A stretch of DNA of 62,829 bases, filler included, from Rhabdomonas costata (GCA_019059605.1; 39 parts of 39 records of this genome joined end to end with filler, not necessarily neighbours in it); one strand, 5' to 3'; shown: positions 1 to 13,849, counted from the first letter of the whole stretch. The notes: generated by a model from the letters alone, not told the origin. Numbers and translations: made by a program.

Positions 1-499
1 GGTGTTGGGAGTGGCCTTGTTGATGTCGAATCCTGGGGACATCCCTGGCGCCAACGGGTTGCAGGAATCAGCGGGGCGGCTCGAGGAACGCTCCTTGGGG
101 CCACAGGTGACAGTCCCCCCAGAGGTTCTTACAACGGCGAGGCCTAGGGCAAGAGAGTTTCGCCCAGTAGTGGAAGGACCGGAAACGGACGGGAATGGGC
201 TGTGCATTAGAACCCGTCGATACGTCGCGGAATTTCACAGGTTTCTTCGCCAAACCAGGCAATGGACTTCTGGCAGGCTCGGAGGCGCAGGCTGCAGGAT
301 TTGCCTTGGCCTTTGGGAGCTTGGTCCCGACAGCAGTTGCAGGGCTAAATGGCGGCAATCCACGTGAAGAAAGGGAGCTCTGCGGCCGCACCGAAACGTT
401 GGTATTCGTATTTTCTGGAGACGTCATATCCTGGTCCGAGGTATCCTGGTTGTAGCTGAACTCCTTGGACACACACAGGAGCCGGACGAGTTCTTCTCT

Positions 500-1500
500 T
501 GGTGGAGGAGGTTACCATCATGTGCATATCTACAGATGTCGCTTGGAGCCACGTTGCGGTATTGACCGGTTGTTGTGGGAATAGGGTGTACTCTGCGGTC
601 GATCCCTTGCGGAGCGCCAACCAACTGACCTTGAAGATGAGTGGTGTGCTTCCATCTATACACCCAAAGCAATCTAACTCTGTAGGGGACCGGCGGGTGA
701 TCTCAAGCTCAGCAACGCACCTACTAGTGGGTATGTGGAAGGGTCACATAGCTTGGAGGAGTTATGTGCGACGGGAGGTAAGGGTAGACGCTTATGAGCT
801 CGTCAAGCTTCAGCTACCGCTTCCCAGCGAGCTCGAAGCACTCGCGGATGGCATCCATGAGAATGCTGCGATTTTCAACGGGTTCAGTGAATGTGTGTTT
901 TCAGATGTAAAGAACGGAGGAACTTGAGTCTGGAAACGAAATTCAAAGAGTAAGTATACGTGTACGAGCAGACGAGAAGGGAACTGGCCTACCATGAAGC
1001 ATGAAGTCATCCCGCCGTCGTGACCGTGCCACATAGTCGGGGGTAGGTCGAGATCTCATCCGCTGTTATCTATAGCAGACTTCACCTAACCTTGATATCC
1101 CCCCAAATGGATGACAATCTTCTGGGCACGTGAAATTCGACCATGGTACTGCAAAATGAATGAAGAAGCGAGGGGTACCCAAGATTTGACCAGACCCCTT
1201 GCAGGCATGACCCGAAGCTTTGCAGGTGATCCCTCCGTTGATAACCATCTTGTTCACGCAAAAATATGCTAGATACCACCCGGATGATCCAGGATAACGA
1301 CCCATAATAGCCCACACTACTTATGCTTCTTGAAAGAGGTGTCACACTTCCTGGAAATCGTGTGAAGAATGAAAGTTCTGTCCCCACGAAGCGAACGTCA
1401 GCATTTGTCATAAAAATCAGTGCTGTCACACCGGCGTGCAGGTGGGCTGGCGGTGTGCCAGCCTACAGTTCTTTCCTTATCAAGCCCAAGGTAAAGCCAA
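500..1500 (-). mobile_element. Decayed tyrosine-recombinase (DIRS/Ngaro-like) retroelement remnant
   Basis: Minus strand gives SWLALRKGSTAE near 620 (resembles the YR H-x-x-R box, HSLRxGxAT) and ISRKCDTS near 1350 (resembles the RT GFxISxxK region). Many stops and no exon-like codon bias. Confidence 0.3.
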
Positions 1501-1515
1501 CATAAAAAACCCCTC

Positions 1516-1615
1516 NNNNNNNNNNNNNNNNNNNNNNNNNNNNNNNNNNNNNNNNNNNNTTAATTAATTAANNNNNNNNNNNNNNNNNNNNNNNNNNNNN
1601 NNNNNNNNNNNNNNN
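1516..1615. other. Artificial contig spacer N44-TTAATTAATTAA-N44 (first of 38; window = 39 concatenated ~1.5-kb contigs)
   Basis: The same 100-nt spacer, with stops in all six frames, recurs about every 1614 nt (3131, 4746, 6361 ... 61219). ORFs that run into X/LIN are artefacts. Confidence 0.98.
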
Positions 1616-1825
1616 GGGTGTTGGGAGTGTTTGGGTGTGGTTGTTCCCATGGTTGCGCTCAGCGGAGAGGGCATGCCTTGAATATTAGTTGTGTAACTTT
1701 CCTGTCATCCTGCTTTTGTTTCGCTCTTCTTTTCTGCAAAAGTCAGCCCAGCTTCTGCTTTTATGCCCATCCGGTCCATTTCCGATGTCCTTCTGCGACC
1801 GTTTTTTTCTTTCCGTTATGAACAG

Positions 1826-3000
1826 GTACCCCGCCCCAGCGACCCCGGCGGTGTCCCCGACCACAGTAGTGCTGCAGTCCACGATGTACTCCCGCCTCAA
1901 CCTCAACTTCCTCCGCAACACCAGCGACCCCACCATTTACATCACCGAAAGCACCCCAAACCCGTACGGCAATGCCAGCACCCTGCAAATGTCGTTGGCG
2001 GACCAGACCACGGGCCGGAAGCAGATTCCTCTGATCCGGCTGACCTACCCTCTTGAGATTGACGCTACGAACTTATCCTCTGCCGAGTCCTTCACGTGGA
2101 AGAATGAGTTGGTTTTTAACTTTCTCCCTGCTTTCTTGCAGGGTGGTCAAGGTTCAGAGTTCCTGCAGCATCACACGTGCACAGGAGCGCCAGGAGTAGC
2201 CTGTCTCTGTTTGCAGCAAAGAGTGATCGGCATGCTTTTCAGCCCTCCGGGGCGCCGGCCCGCTAAAGTACCAGCACATGCTCCCTCATCGAGCTCGGTT
2301 TAGATGGCTTTCTGGAGCGAAAACAGAAAATAAGGTTGAAATCGCTTCTTTGTGAATAGTTTCTCTGGCCAATTTCAAGGACGTTTGAAATCATCAAAGC
2401 TCCAGTCACGTCAGGCCCGCACGTCGTGCTAAGACCCCGCATTTGCCCCACGCAACCTATTGAAACAGTACTTCAACCCGTCCGGAGATCATGCTGATCT
2501 ACTTCGCCCCCACCGCGGACCAGCTGGGCGCCCACATGATCAAGATGTACACCTCCGTGCACACCGTCAGCAGCTTCCTGAGGGGCCTGTTGAGTGGGCC
2601 CAAGCAGAGGCTCTTCGCGTTCTTCCGAACGCCTGCAGGAAGGCTGATTGGGGCCTCCCATGGGAAGTACTTCTCCCACAGGTGTGGTTCCCTTCTCTTC
2701 CTCTTGTGTGGAAACCGGCTAATGTGCAAAGAAACGTGGCAAGTGATATATATGTCAGCGGGCACTTGCTATGGTTTATGAGTGGCCGCTTTCAGTTAAG
2801 GTTGCACGCTATTCCTGGCACTATTGTGTTGCACGTTTGAGATTTGCGGCTGTATCTTTCGGCTCCTGTTGCAGAAACTGCCCGTCTACTCCTACCGGAT
2901 CAGCGCTAAGAGAGAAAAATTTCGTAAGTGATCCTTTGTTCGTTTTCTCTCTCTCAAACACAGTGACTTGGACGTCGGCAGAAACAACCCCTTTGCCAAT
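1826..3000 (+). CDS. Three internal exons (1826-~2120, ~2469-2681, 2964-3000) of a probable receptor extracellular (Cache-like) region
   Basis: CAG acceptor before 1826, GC3-rich codons, clean GT-AG join ...GKYFSH|SDLDVGRNNPFAN. The first intron boundary is ambiguous (see findings). Confidence 0.6.
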
Positions 3001-3246
3001 GTTGCTCTCGTGGCTCAGTTCAGAAGGTGGGTTGTGCTCGCGCGGAGGGGAAAGTGCGCATCAAATGCGTTATCGCTCTTACTGGTCAGTCCTTGGTTTA
3101 GTTGGGATCGGACATTGACTAAAAACCAACNNNNNNNNNNNNNNNNNNNNNNNNNNNNNNNNNNNNNNNNNNNNTTAATTAATTAANNNNNNNNNNNNNN
3201 NNNNNNNNNNNNNNNNNNNNNNNNNNNNNNTGTGGGGGGGGTGCAC

Positions 3247-3348
3247 TTCAGCGCGGATATCAAGCTGCCGGTTTAGGTCCGCAATAGACTCCTGCTGTAG
3301 CGCCAGAACCGAGCTGCGCTCCGCCAAAAGCCGCATGATGCGGAGCTC
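3247..3348 (-). CDS. Exon of unknown coiled-coil protein
   Basis: ccag|ELRIMRLLAERSSVLALQQESIADLNRQLDIRAE|gtgcac. Confidence 0.5.
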
Positions 3349-6033
3349 CTGGAAGGGGTTCAAGTTGTTGGAGTTGTTGGGAACAAAGTGAAAAATAGCT
3401 GCTCAAAATACTTTACACTAGCAAGGGAAGATAAGGATGGGATTATCGCTGTGAATCTCTGTGGAAAAGTTCATCACGCTCCCAAACCTGCCAAAACCTG
3501 TTGGAAACACGTCCATCACAAGTCCTACCCACCACATCTCACTGCGAGGCCGAACGCAAGGCACACCGTATCCGAAGGATCCGTCTGAGTCTCCGCAGCG
3601 CACTGATCGCTTTCCGAGGTTTCGGAGTACACTGAGGCCGACAAGGCGGTCCCTTCCGCCACATGGGCCTCCCCATGGGGGGGTTGTTGCTATTTGCCAA
3701 AAGGAGGCCGAGAGAAACACAGCAAAGAGAAGAGAAAAGAAGCAAAGAAGCAAATCGAACTCAAAAAACATACAATAAAACAGGGCTTTTCGGCTTTGCT
3801 TGTGGCCCCTGGCGCATCTCGGGTTTTTTCGGGCCTTGCTGCAAAAATCTTGCCTCTTGGACTTTCTTCGTGCAGCGGTGTGGAGTTGGGGTGTATCCCA
3901 ACACCCAAAATAACCAAAAATTCGTTGTGTGCCCTGATAAGACTCGCACGCCACGCGCACAAGCAATAAAAATGAGAAGGAGAGAATGCAGCGCCATCGG
4001 CAAATAACGGGCAGACAGAAGGAAAAAATGTCGCCATCGACACATTTGGATACATAGAAGCACAATGGCTACAGTGACAGGAAAACAAGGAACACAACCG
4101 ATTCACAGACAAACCTTTTCGGTATTGATGCAGCGAATTTAGCCAAAAGGAGCAGTCAATGTAGCGAACAGGAGCATTTCTTTTGCTGTTTCAGCGAAAT
4201 TTTCATGGTGCTCCCCCCAGTCTCCCAGTAAATAGTAAACGTAGACAAGCAGACAAGACACACCTTCGCCACAAAAAAAAACATTCACTTACCCCACCTT
4301 CTCAGCCACCCTTGGCAGGATTGACAAGGTATATACGGGGAAAGCGGCACCAAGGCCAAGACCAGGTGCCAACAGCGCCAAAAGTTAAGTGCATTTTCGC
4401 CAAATTGCTAATGTAGTGCACACCAGTGCCCCTTTCCGCCCCTTTCCGCGTGAAAGAACGCTCCCGTTCGCCAAAAACACACTCATTACTGATTACTACT
4501 GCTAATTGTTTCCGCAGAAACGGGATCCTTAACGACTTGGTACGGACACAGCTATTAGCATGCCACCAAGAAATGACCCACCGCTATCAAATCCCAGAGA
4601 AGGGGCCCGTGCACAAATGACCACAACACAATTTAGCCGAAAAATCTCCAAGAAGCGTGCATCGGGCAAACCGCCTGACGACCCACTCCGAGGCAGAAAG
4701 ATAGGCACACCGCAGCCGAATGACCCGGTTGACCCCCCCCCACAANNNNNNNNNNNNNNNNNNNNNNNNNNNNNNNNNNNNNNNNNNNNTTAATTAATTA
4801 ANNNNNNNNNNNNNNNNNNNNNNNNNNNNNNNNNNNNNNNNNNNNGTGGTTGGTGACCGAGCTGAAGTACCAATGATATCTTGTCCACGTGGGATACCCG
4901 TTTCTGGATTAGATGCAAATAACAGCGCCGTTAAACAGTGCGCAGTACAATTGTCCTTCATTTGGCTGGTTGCTTGTTCGCTGCTTCGCGGTTTCTGCAG
5001 CATCCCAACTGGACAAGATATCATTGGTACTTCAGCTCGGTCATCAACCCGTCGTTTTCGCATTGAATCACTTTAGTCCTTGGTTTATCCACCTTGCATG
5101 TTGCATGCTGTTGCGAAAAAAGTTGGTAGACAAAACACAAACGCAGCAGTGTACAAGAAGCATGTCTGCACAGATTTCTACACACGGCATGCGTAATCAC
5201 GGAACGCTCTTTCAAAGGTAAGAACATTCATCACAAGCGAAAATCCATGGACAATTACTCAGCGATCTCAGGGAGTCCATCTGGTGGAGACGGTGCCTCG
5301 GCAGGAGGCTCCGCCGACGTAGGACCCATAGCGTCAGCCTAGCAGAAGTGAGGCGGCATATAAAATACAATAATAACACATCAACATCAACATCGAGGAC
5401 ACCGAGAATGCAATCACAGCAGTCGCCCACCTAGCACTGATATTCTGAACTGAAATCCAGTTGAGTTGCACATTACTTCAATACATTATCGAAACTCATC
5501 CGCTCATAACGAAACAGCAACCCCTCCCATACATCCGCGGAGGTGGAGTGCTCCGCTGGAAGGTCGAAGTGCACAGGGTTTGGGGACCGCGCCATTGTCG
5601 ATACCCCTTGGATCTGTGTAGAAAGAGGATAGCTGTCTTCCAAAAAGCAGCTGACAGAGGGCCCCGCGCCCCCAGAAAACGAGGCTGCCACAAGGCACAC
5701 CATTCTACCGGCTCAATATAAGAAGGTCGAACCCAACAACCACTTCACCCGGAAAAAGAATGGCACCGAATACCCAGCAGAATTGGTGTCACCCTTTTAA
5801 AACGGACACGTGCAGTCCCAATCCAGAAAGAAAACGACACACAGAGCGAGGCCGATAAGTTACACAGCAACTGGTCGCCTCCCAAAATTTCGGCATCCCC
5901 CTCCCCACCCCGTGCTTGGGTCCCTCTTCCAATTCTGGTCTGATGGTGTACGGGGAACTTGGAAGGAAGCGATGACTGGAGGACCTGCATCGCAGACATG
6001 CACCCTGCAAAATTCGCGCGCAAACGCATAACA

Positions 6034-6190
6034 CCCGCTGCTGGTACTGCTGGATCAGCTCCACCGCCTCATCTTCCTGCTCAGCCCGCTGCAGCAGGTG
6101 CTGCACCAACTCCCGTAGCCGGCGGATTTCCTGCGATGGCGGCCCTCCCCCCTCCATCGCTATCTCGGACCATTAGAACACCTCCCTGAT
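6034..6190 (-). CDS. Probable exon, coiled-coil protein (boundaries approximate)
   Basis: QEIRRLRELVQHLLQRAEQEDEAVELIQQYQQR followed by a GT donor; GC3-rich. Confidence 0.45.
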
Positions 6191-7082
6191 CAAGTCAACT
6201 GCGCAGCTCAACCTTAAGTCCGGCATACAGCCCCTGGTATATGGGACGCTGGACACTTCCGATAGCGGCTTGGAATACAACCGCACCTAGGGTCAAGGTC
6301 CACTTTGCTGCGCGATGCAGCCTCAGACATCCTGCAAATTTCTTCGAAAGCCCACAAACCNNNNNNNNNNNNNNNNNNNNNNNNNNNNNNNNNNNNNNNN
6401 NNNNTTAATTAATTAANNNNNNNNNNNNNNNNNNNNNNNNNNNNNNNNNNNNNNNNNNNNTGGTGGCGACAATCCGAAAAGCCTCGGCAAAGGTGCGGAC
6501 CTTCAAGCACTGCATCATGTGCTCACGCACTTCCCGCAGGACGCTGCGCTGTGCGCAGGAGACAAGGGAGAAAATGGCCACCTAGCTTCCCACATAGGCA
6601 CAACGACTATAATGGAGGGGGAAAGGCAGCAAAAAAGAGCACGCCGGCGTACATCGGAAAAGGCCGTGACAACGCATGCGCATCAGTTGATGCAAAAACC
6701 GCTTTTGCGAACCGCTTTCCAATTGCCTTTCACAGGGAGTGGCAGACATTGACAAGGGAGCCCTTCGCACCGACGCAGGGTATTGCCGCACAAGAAGAAT
6801 GAATTATCTTCAGCATATGGGCAGCCCTGCGTGAGTGGCCGGGGGAGGGGGAGAAGGCAAAAACACCACAGGACCTTCACCATAATGGGAAAGTTGAACA
6901 TGAAGTCGGCCACTTGAGGAGCGCACAAGGCCTTCTGAGTGGCTAACGACCACCGGGCCCTGCCTCACAGAGAAAAATAAAAACACCACGAACGAATACA
7001 GGCATGATTTCTAATCCGCCGCATGAAGCAACGGACTTGTTTGAAGTCCGTCATCTTGGAGATAGATGCGAAACGTAGACTT

Positions 7083-7500
7083 TCAAAACGCAAAGGTGAT
7101 GAAAGGTGCAGTCAAAACTGCGATCAGTTGTAAAAGCGCACAGAAGATTCCGCAAAGGAGCAGCCGTGGCACATACTTGCGATGTGGAGTGTGCTTGCCG
7201 ATGATGATCGGCTTCTGCCCTCGAAAGAGGTTGGCAGGTGTGACCACGGTAGTGAACAAGCAGTCATTGTCCAGAAAGCCAATCACCTGTGGGGGACAAG
7301 ATGCTGGTGATAGATAGATCTTCTGGGAATAACTACAATTGCAGCAGGGGGTAGAAGCAGCATGGGGACAATTACGTATGCTGGGGGGAGGGGACGTCTG
7401 GGTCACTCCGCTCCCAATATGGTCAAAGGACCTTTTACAGTGCTCTTCTGCGGCCAATGCCCAAAGCTGATGTCTCTCAGCAATGTCGATTTGGCCTGTG
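7083..7500 (-). mobile_element. Decayed non-LTR retrotransposon RT fragment
   Basis: LWALAAEEHCKRSFDHI resembles the RT D-x-x-KAFD motif; otherwise degenerate. Confidence 0.25.
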
Positions 7501-8181
7501 AATGTCGCAAATCTATTTAACATTTCTCCGGAACACAGTCCCACAGCGCATCGCATACTGTTGGGTTGGAAGCATCTCGGAGTTTGTCAAAAGAACCTTT
7601 AAGTCCAGCACTCGAAGTGTTCAGCGTACGGAAAAGAAAGGCTACACAAAAATTTTCCACAACAATGAACACAAAAGACCACTAAGTTACAGGGGGAGAG
7701 GCATGAGAAGAGGCCGAGGGAGAGAGAAAGCGTGCGGGGAGAGAGAGAAAGAAAAATTTTCCTAGGAATTGTCCCATCGCCCTCCAATAAACTTAGGGAA
7801 CCAAAAGCAACCATACCTCCGCATCGGTGTGGTTGTCAGCCCAGAACCGCGACCACTGCTGCCTGTCATACCCCTGCCCGCGGCCGCAGATGCCACCTGA
7901 AGCAGAAATGAAAAGCAAAATCTGTGAAGGTATCTGGCCGCTGTAGTTGTACCCGCAGTCATTTGCAACCAACAANNNNNNNNNNNNNNNNNNNNNNNNN
8001 NNNNNNNNNNNNNNNNNNNTTAATTAATTAANNNNNNNNNNNNNNNNNNNNNNNNNNNNNNNNNNNNNNNNNNNNGTTTGTGTGTTTCCCGCATTGAGAG
8101 CATTGGCGGACGAGTAACTCCTCTCTTCCGTCCTTGGTGTCCTTTCTCTCAGTCTAACCGGATCTTACAGAGGTTCAATCA

Positions 8182-9554
8182 ATGTTGAAGCCTGTCTCTT
8201 TCAACATCCGAAGAGCCCCCACAACGGCGCCGGCGGGGAGTGGGTTGGGGAGTGAGTCCTCCCGGGCGTGGCTTCAGAAGTCTGCCGAGGAGCACAGTGA
8301 TGAGCCTGCCCCTATAGAGATCATCAACCCCTCGGACAGGTGCACCCACTGCTCCGTTATCCAGTCACCAACGTTCCGTTTAACCCCGTGAATATCCATG
8401 CATGCACCATGTGTGGCTGCTTTTGTTACCAACTAAACGTTGCTGCGTGACGGAAGCAGAGCGGAACAGGAACGCAGACTGAGGCAACACGGGCAGGTGA
8501 GCAGGAATCTTTTCGAAGGGCAGGGAAAGGGAGGATAGCGACGTACCCGGACTTAAATATCAACACTAGGAACTCAGGAGGACAGGAAACGTTTCTAGGC
8601 GTCCGGTGTGTTGATGGCGCAAAACCGGCTGTGGGTAATTTAAAATAGCATAACGCCCGTTTGCGGCAAAATGAGGTTAAGGGCTGGGGCTGCGTATGCT
8701 GCATTGCCTTGGAACACCCGAGTATACTCCCTAGACAACGGCGGGTAGCCCTCCGCCTGAGGCTGAGCCTGTCTCACAGGTCGGCCAAAGAGAGAAACAC
8801 GCTCCCGAAAAAATAACCAAAAAAGATACGGCCGATCCATCCGCAAGCCCAACACAGGCAAACGTTGCTCATTTGCCGCTGAGACACACCAATATTCAAC
8901 AAGGCTTCCGCACGCACACGCAGACACATAGATATACAAAGTCAAAGCGGCAGCCGGATATCCCGTGAGCTTTGCCTTCCCAAAGATCCAAGCACCTTTG
9001 TATTTGTTGCTCGGGAAGGCAGACAGACATTCAAGAACAGAGAGAGCGGAGACACAAACGCGGGTTTGAGTTCATGCCGTGCATCACCTAGAGAGTTGAG
9101 GAGAAGAGGAATGCATAAAGCACTTCTGAGACTCGGCCGGGACACTCGAGAGCTTGGATGACATCCTAGCGGTGATCACAGAGTCAAAGAGGGATCCATA
9201 ACTTTGAGAGTAAGTACAACTTTGGGGGTGCAACGAAGAAGTCCATTTACCGCTGGCGAAAGCGCCTTAAGATATAAAAGCGAGGCATTTCCATTAAAAA
9301 CGCCCCCCTCACTCCCTGATGTACCAGACTGTGCTTCTGGTTCAAGGTGGTGTTATGTTGTCATCACATTCACGCACTCGCACGCACCTACACACGCGGA
9401 GGCAGACTCTTTTCAACTGGTACATCTCATAATCCCCCCAAGGTACCGGCCCAGCGGTAGGCAGACCGGAGAGTCTGAGCGGCTGCAGCTTGCTCGCGAG
9501 CTCGCAGCACTGCCCGACGAGAGCTACGATGTCCGACCGACAGACTTTGGGGCG
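8182..9554 (+). CDS. Spp2/GPKOW(MOS2)-like G-patch splicing factor, exons 8182-8339 and 9443-9554
   Basis: ATG after a pyrimidine tract and AG; GT-AG join; ELAALPDESYDVRPTDFGA matches the segment preceding the G-patch (P.E..Y...P.EFGAALLRGMGW). Confidence 0.55.
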
Positions 9555-10957
9555 GTATGTGCGTCTGTAAGTTTGGTGTTANNNNNNNNNNNNNNNNNNN
9601 NNNNNNNNNNNNNNNNNNNNNNNNNTTAATTAATTAANNNNNNNNNNNNNNNNNNNNNNNNNNNNNNNNNNNNNNNNNNNNGGGGTGTTTTTCTGTTAAA
9701 AGGAGAGGAACATGTGAAACTTCAGTTTTATGATCCGCCTTTTAAACAGAAATACACTCTTGCATAACGGTCAGCACAACAATGGGAAAACCGGAGCAAG
9801 TTACCTACGGCGTTGGACGGAACGATGCGGAGTTTGTTGTTTCACTGTCAAATTTTCGGTTTTCATCTTTGCACGCGCAACGCGCAGCTCGCCCTTCGCG
9901 GTGGAAACTGTGCTTGGGTCCTTCGAAGCAAGGTTTCTACATGGGGGCCTTTGCTGGTGGAGGAGTTGGCTTGCTTGTATGCCTCCCTCCCCGTTTTTTT
10001 TTGCAAACTGTTTGTTTTTTAAGTGCCTTCATGCGACTGTGCTTGTGTGGCTTTGTTTTCAGAGCGGTGTCGTGATGGGGCTCAGCCCCAAGTTGGCTGG
10101 TGTGCTCAACTTGTCATATGTTCATTTCTTTTTAATGGGAGGGCATCACCCGAAACGCCGAAGGGGCACCAGCAGCCTTTTTGTTTCCGGACGCAGTCTA
10201 AATCCTGCAAAAGGCACTGAATCATGTTAAACATACTGGGTAAAGCATAATCCCGAAACGCTTTGAGACAAAACAAAAAGCATTCTAGAGATTATATTCC
10301 TCAAGTCCGGCCAGTTGGTTTCTGTCCTCTGTGGGTTTATTTTCCTCTCTGCTCGCAATTGACTTCGCCCACAGCAGGGCTCGTGATAGAGACAACCCTT
10401 TACCAGCAATTTGACTTACACAATTTTTTTCTACTTTCTCCACGCTCGTGAACAGGGCAGAGGATGCATCACTTCACCCACCAGCTGCCACTTATGACGG
10501 TTGCCGGAGGCCTGATGTTTGGCGGCTTTTTCTTTATCGGCTCCTATCTTCGCTGTGTCTAAGGCTCAGCCTGACTTTGAATCTGACTATGCTGATTCCA
10601 TCTGACCCAAATCTCCTTCCATTTTATCGTTGCGTGACCATTTCTTTTTCGATGTTGCCGGGGAATGTGGGAGCATATAGTGGAGACGGTACCGAGGGCG
10701 GATCGTGCAGCCAGTGCCTTTGAATTGAATTGGATTTGGCGTGGGAGCGCGACTAAAAATTGCTTATAATAAATCACAAGGTGGAGTTTTAGCATAAGTT
10801 TGCACCTCACCCCAGGGAATTTTCTCATGCTCCACACAGCATTGCCTGACCTCGCAAGAAACTCCGCTTTTGACCACAGGCTGTAGTGCCTTGAATTTTC
10901 TGTGTCGTTTTGATTTTCGGCATTTGTGTTGGGATTTTTCCGTTTGCCAAGCTGAGA

Positions 10958-11130
10958 ATGGCCGAATACGCCACAAAAGTGGATCTTACTGCACCCCAGC
11001 GAGAGGCCCTGGAGCGAATGATTCAGTTGAGTTCTCAGGCTGCGCCTCCAATGAACTTGGCCCGATGGGCGGCAACCTCTGGAGAAACTGTGGGGGATCT
11101 TCTAGTGCGGTTTCTGAAGGCCAGAAAATG
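10958..11130 (+). CDS. Sec14/CRAL-TRIO lipid-binding protein, first exon
   Basis: LTAPQREALERM...DLLVRFLKARKW matches the CRAL-TRIO N-domain LLRFLRARKW; GT donor at 11131. Confidence 0.8.
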
Positions 11131-12244
11131 GTATTTTGCTCTCGTTTGATTTTGAATAGGAGCTCAGGGGGTCGTTAATTGATCATGCTTTCGAATNNNN
11201 NNNNNNNNNNNNNNNNNNNNNNNNNNNNNNNNNNNNNNNNTTAATTAATTAANNNNNNNNNNNNNNNNNNNNNNNNNNNNNNNNNNNNNNNNNNNNGTAT
11301 GCTTCGTTGCCACGCAGAACGGCGCCACCATTCGGCAGTGCTTGGAACAACTGGTTTGCTCGAGTCACTTCAAAAAGAGTGACAACTGTTCTTGAACGAC
11401 GTTCTTGCTTCTTGGTCGTGTTTACTCATGTTAGGTTCATGTGGACATTTTCCTTGATTTTCATGAAACCTGAGCTAGACCCAGCATGCAGGACTTGTTC
11501 TGTCTGTAAGACTCTCTAACTAACTTTCCAATTCGCCCACCTATTTTCTCCGAAGCCCCATCCAAAAACTGTTCTCTTAGAATTGCTCTTTCCTGTTTAT
11601 TGTGCCCCCACTTGCCCCCCCTCCCCGCGGTGCTGCTGTAGGGAATCAAGGGAGATTTCAAATTTCGTTCTCTTTTTGTGGGTTGCAGGCAGTGAAGCTC
11701 TTACTAAATGGCTTTTCTTCTTTGCTTTGCAGTCTGACTTGGTGAACCTTGCCAGCACCTCCTTGGCGCACCTTGGGATGCCCGATCAGAAGATTGTTTC
11801 CTGAGTACAGCAACTTGAACCCTAATTCTGGGAGTGGCAACCATGCCCTTTTCGAATTTTCTGGAAAAAGAAATTCCTGGGAAACCACCTGAAACAACCC
11901 AACCAAGCCCCATTGCGTGAGAATTTTATTCCGAAAGTTGGAGGGTGATCTGCGTTTTAGCCTCCAGTGGTTTCTGCCAGGGCAGACAGACAGCGCACAG
12001 GGTTCCAGATACACCTCCCTCATCCCCGCAGCTTAAGCAGTGCGTGCGCCCACAACAGTCTCATATGTGTCGCCTACAAACCCTCGCATTGGTGGGCAGA
12101 AATGTCCAGTGGTTGTTCATCACCTTATATGCAAGTCCTGCTTCCCACGCTACCCTTTGACCCATTGCAAGCCTTCTGATGGAATCCTGTCACTTGGCGC
12201 ACCGACTCCGAAACACAACAACAGCACGCATTGACAAGAGTCAG

Positions 12245-12600
12245 TTAGGGCCAACCACCAGGCAACGGCTGAGCTTCTAGACATGTCCTTCTCTGTTGAA
12301 AACGGACATCGCTCAAACCTGCCGCTACGCATGTAATACCGGGAATGACCGGATCCCCTCCCAACCAACCCGTAAAAGTCCGACGGACCGGCCGCATTTT
12401 CGAGATCACTATTTGATCTATTAATCTGGAGAGGATCAAATAACCAGACAGTTTATGCGGCGGTATAGCAATTCCCGTGCCCCCCCACCCACCCAAAGGC
12501 GTTATCAGCCTGTGCTGTCCTGTCACTGAACCAGAAGTGCCTACAACTCTCCAACATGGTTTCAAGAATATGCCGTAGGTATAAAACAAGGTAGCAACAC
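12245..12600 (-). mobile_element. Decayed non-LTR retrotransposon fragment
   Basis: RLITPLGGWGGTGIAIP resembles the post-RT L..P...GGLG motif. Confidence 0.25.
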
Positions 12601-13849
12601 CGCGCAGCAGGTTGAAAAGTTCATATAAAGAGGGTTGGTTTGGAGCTACCCTCTATTATTTGCTCCGAAAACCATGATTTGAGATGAAGCGCGCGATGCA
12701 TACTTCCCTTTGTTGTTAGGTCAGCCTAACGGTAAACAAAACATGAAACGCGCCCAGGTGCACCCACGCAACGCCCATCCAACGGCCAATGTGTATACCG
12801 ACCCAACAAANNNNNNNNNNNNNNNNNNNNNNNNNNNNNNNNNNNNNNNNNNNNTTAATTAATTAANNNNNNNNNNNNNNNNNNNNNNNNNNNNNNNNNN
12901 NNNNNNNNNNTAGGTGGTTCACGGGGGGGGGGGTCGAGTTTCAGCCTCGCCTCGCACCAAATCTTTTCCCCCAGATATCTAGGATCTTGGGCTGAGGAGA
13001 GCAGCGGGACATCCCGGAAAAACTGCAGGGAACATGTGCTTATATCTGTTGGAATCCCCACGGGACAGGTACATCGCCTCCGGATGTACACTGTATAATA
13101 GCCGTTTTTTAAAGTGCTTCTTTGTTTTAGAGCTCGCTTTGGGATATCGCACCCCTTCGTGGAGAGGGACTCCTAGCCAGCCCCTGTGAAGGGAAGCCGA
13201 AGCTTAGCTGACGTTTCTGGTGAATTCGGGGCTAGCTTTCTTGCGCCTTGCAGTGGGGAGAGCCCCTTCGAGTATGCCCCTTCTGCGACGGCGGCGGAAA
13301 CTTGATTTCATGTTCATCCGTGGACGTACTCGAGCGCTTCTCAAGCGTTTTGCTCTGAAGGCAGACCACCTAAGCCCTGTTGCCAGCGGCGAAACCGAGC
13401 ACTGAGGTCGGCAAGAAGATTCTTGTTGGCTCCTGCGCCGGAAGAGGGGATAACTGGCATTTGGATGCAAGCATCAGCTTCTGAAAGACCAAGCAAGACC
13501 CTGAAGCAAGAAAACCCTGCATAGAGGAGATGATTGCATTCCATTGCGGCGCAAGAGGGTCAGCACAGGTGCCCATAAGATGACGTCAATAGAAGGCAGC
13601 GAATCATCGAAGGTGTCAGGCGGTGTGCTGAGGGCGGAATGTACGGGACCGAATTCTCCTCTTCCGCTGGGACAGCTGGCTGTGCTGGAGGAGGTCTGCA
13701 CAGTGAGAGCAGACGATTCTGCGGTAATATCCGAGGAGCCCTGGCTATAATAGCTATATTGAGGTATTACAGCCATTTTTATCAAAATTCAAAAAAATTT
13801 TAAGTGGCTTTGCTTGGAAAATTAAATCTCGCTTCCGCTGTACAATGCT

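Noticed and set aside
1560-1571. TTAATTAATTAA recurring at regular spacing (array-like)
   Set aside because: Synthetic linker, not CRISPR or a biological repeat.
4854-5043. ~34-bp inverted repeat that looks like MITE TIRs
   Set aside because: One arm abuts the G/T primer-like contig start. The same pattern occurs on seven other contigs with unrelated sequence, so it is a WGA fold-back artefact.
5230-5800. Possible retrotransposon 3' end
   Set aside because: No diagnostic motif strong enough to call.
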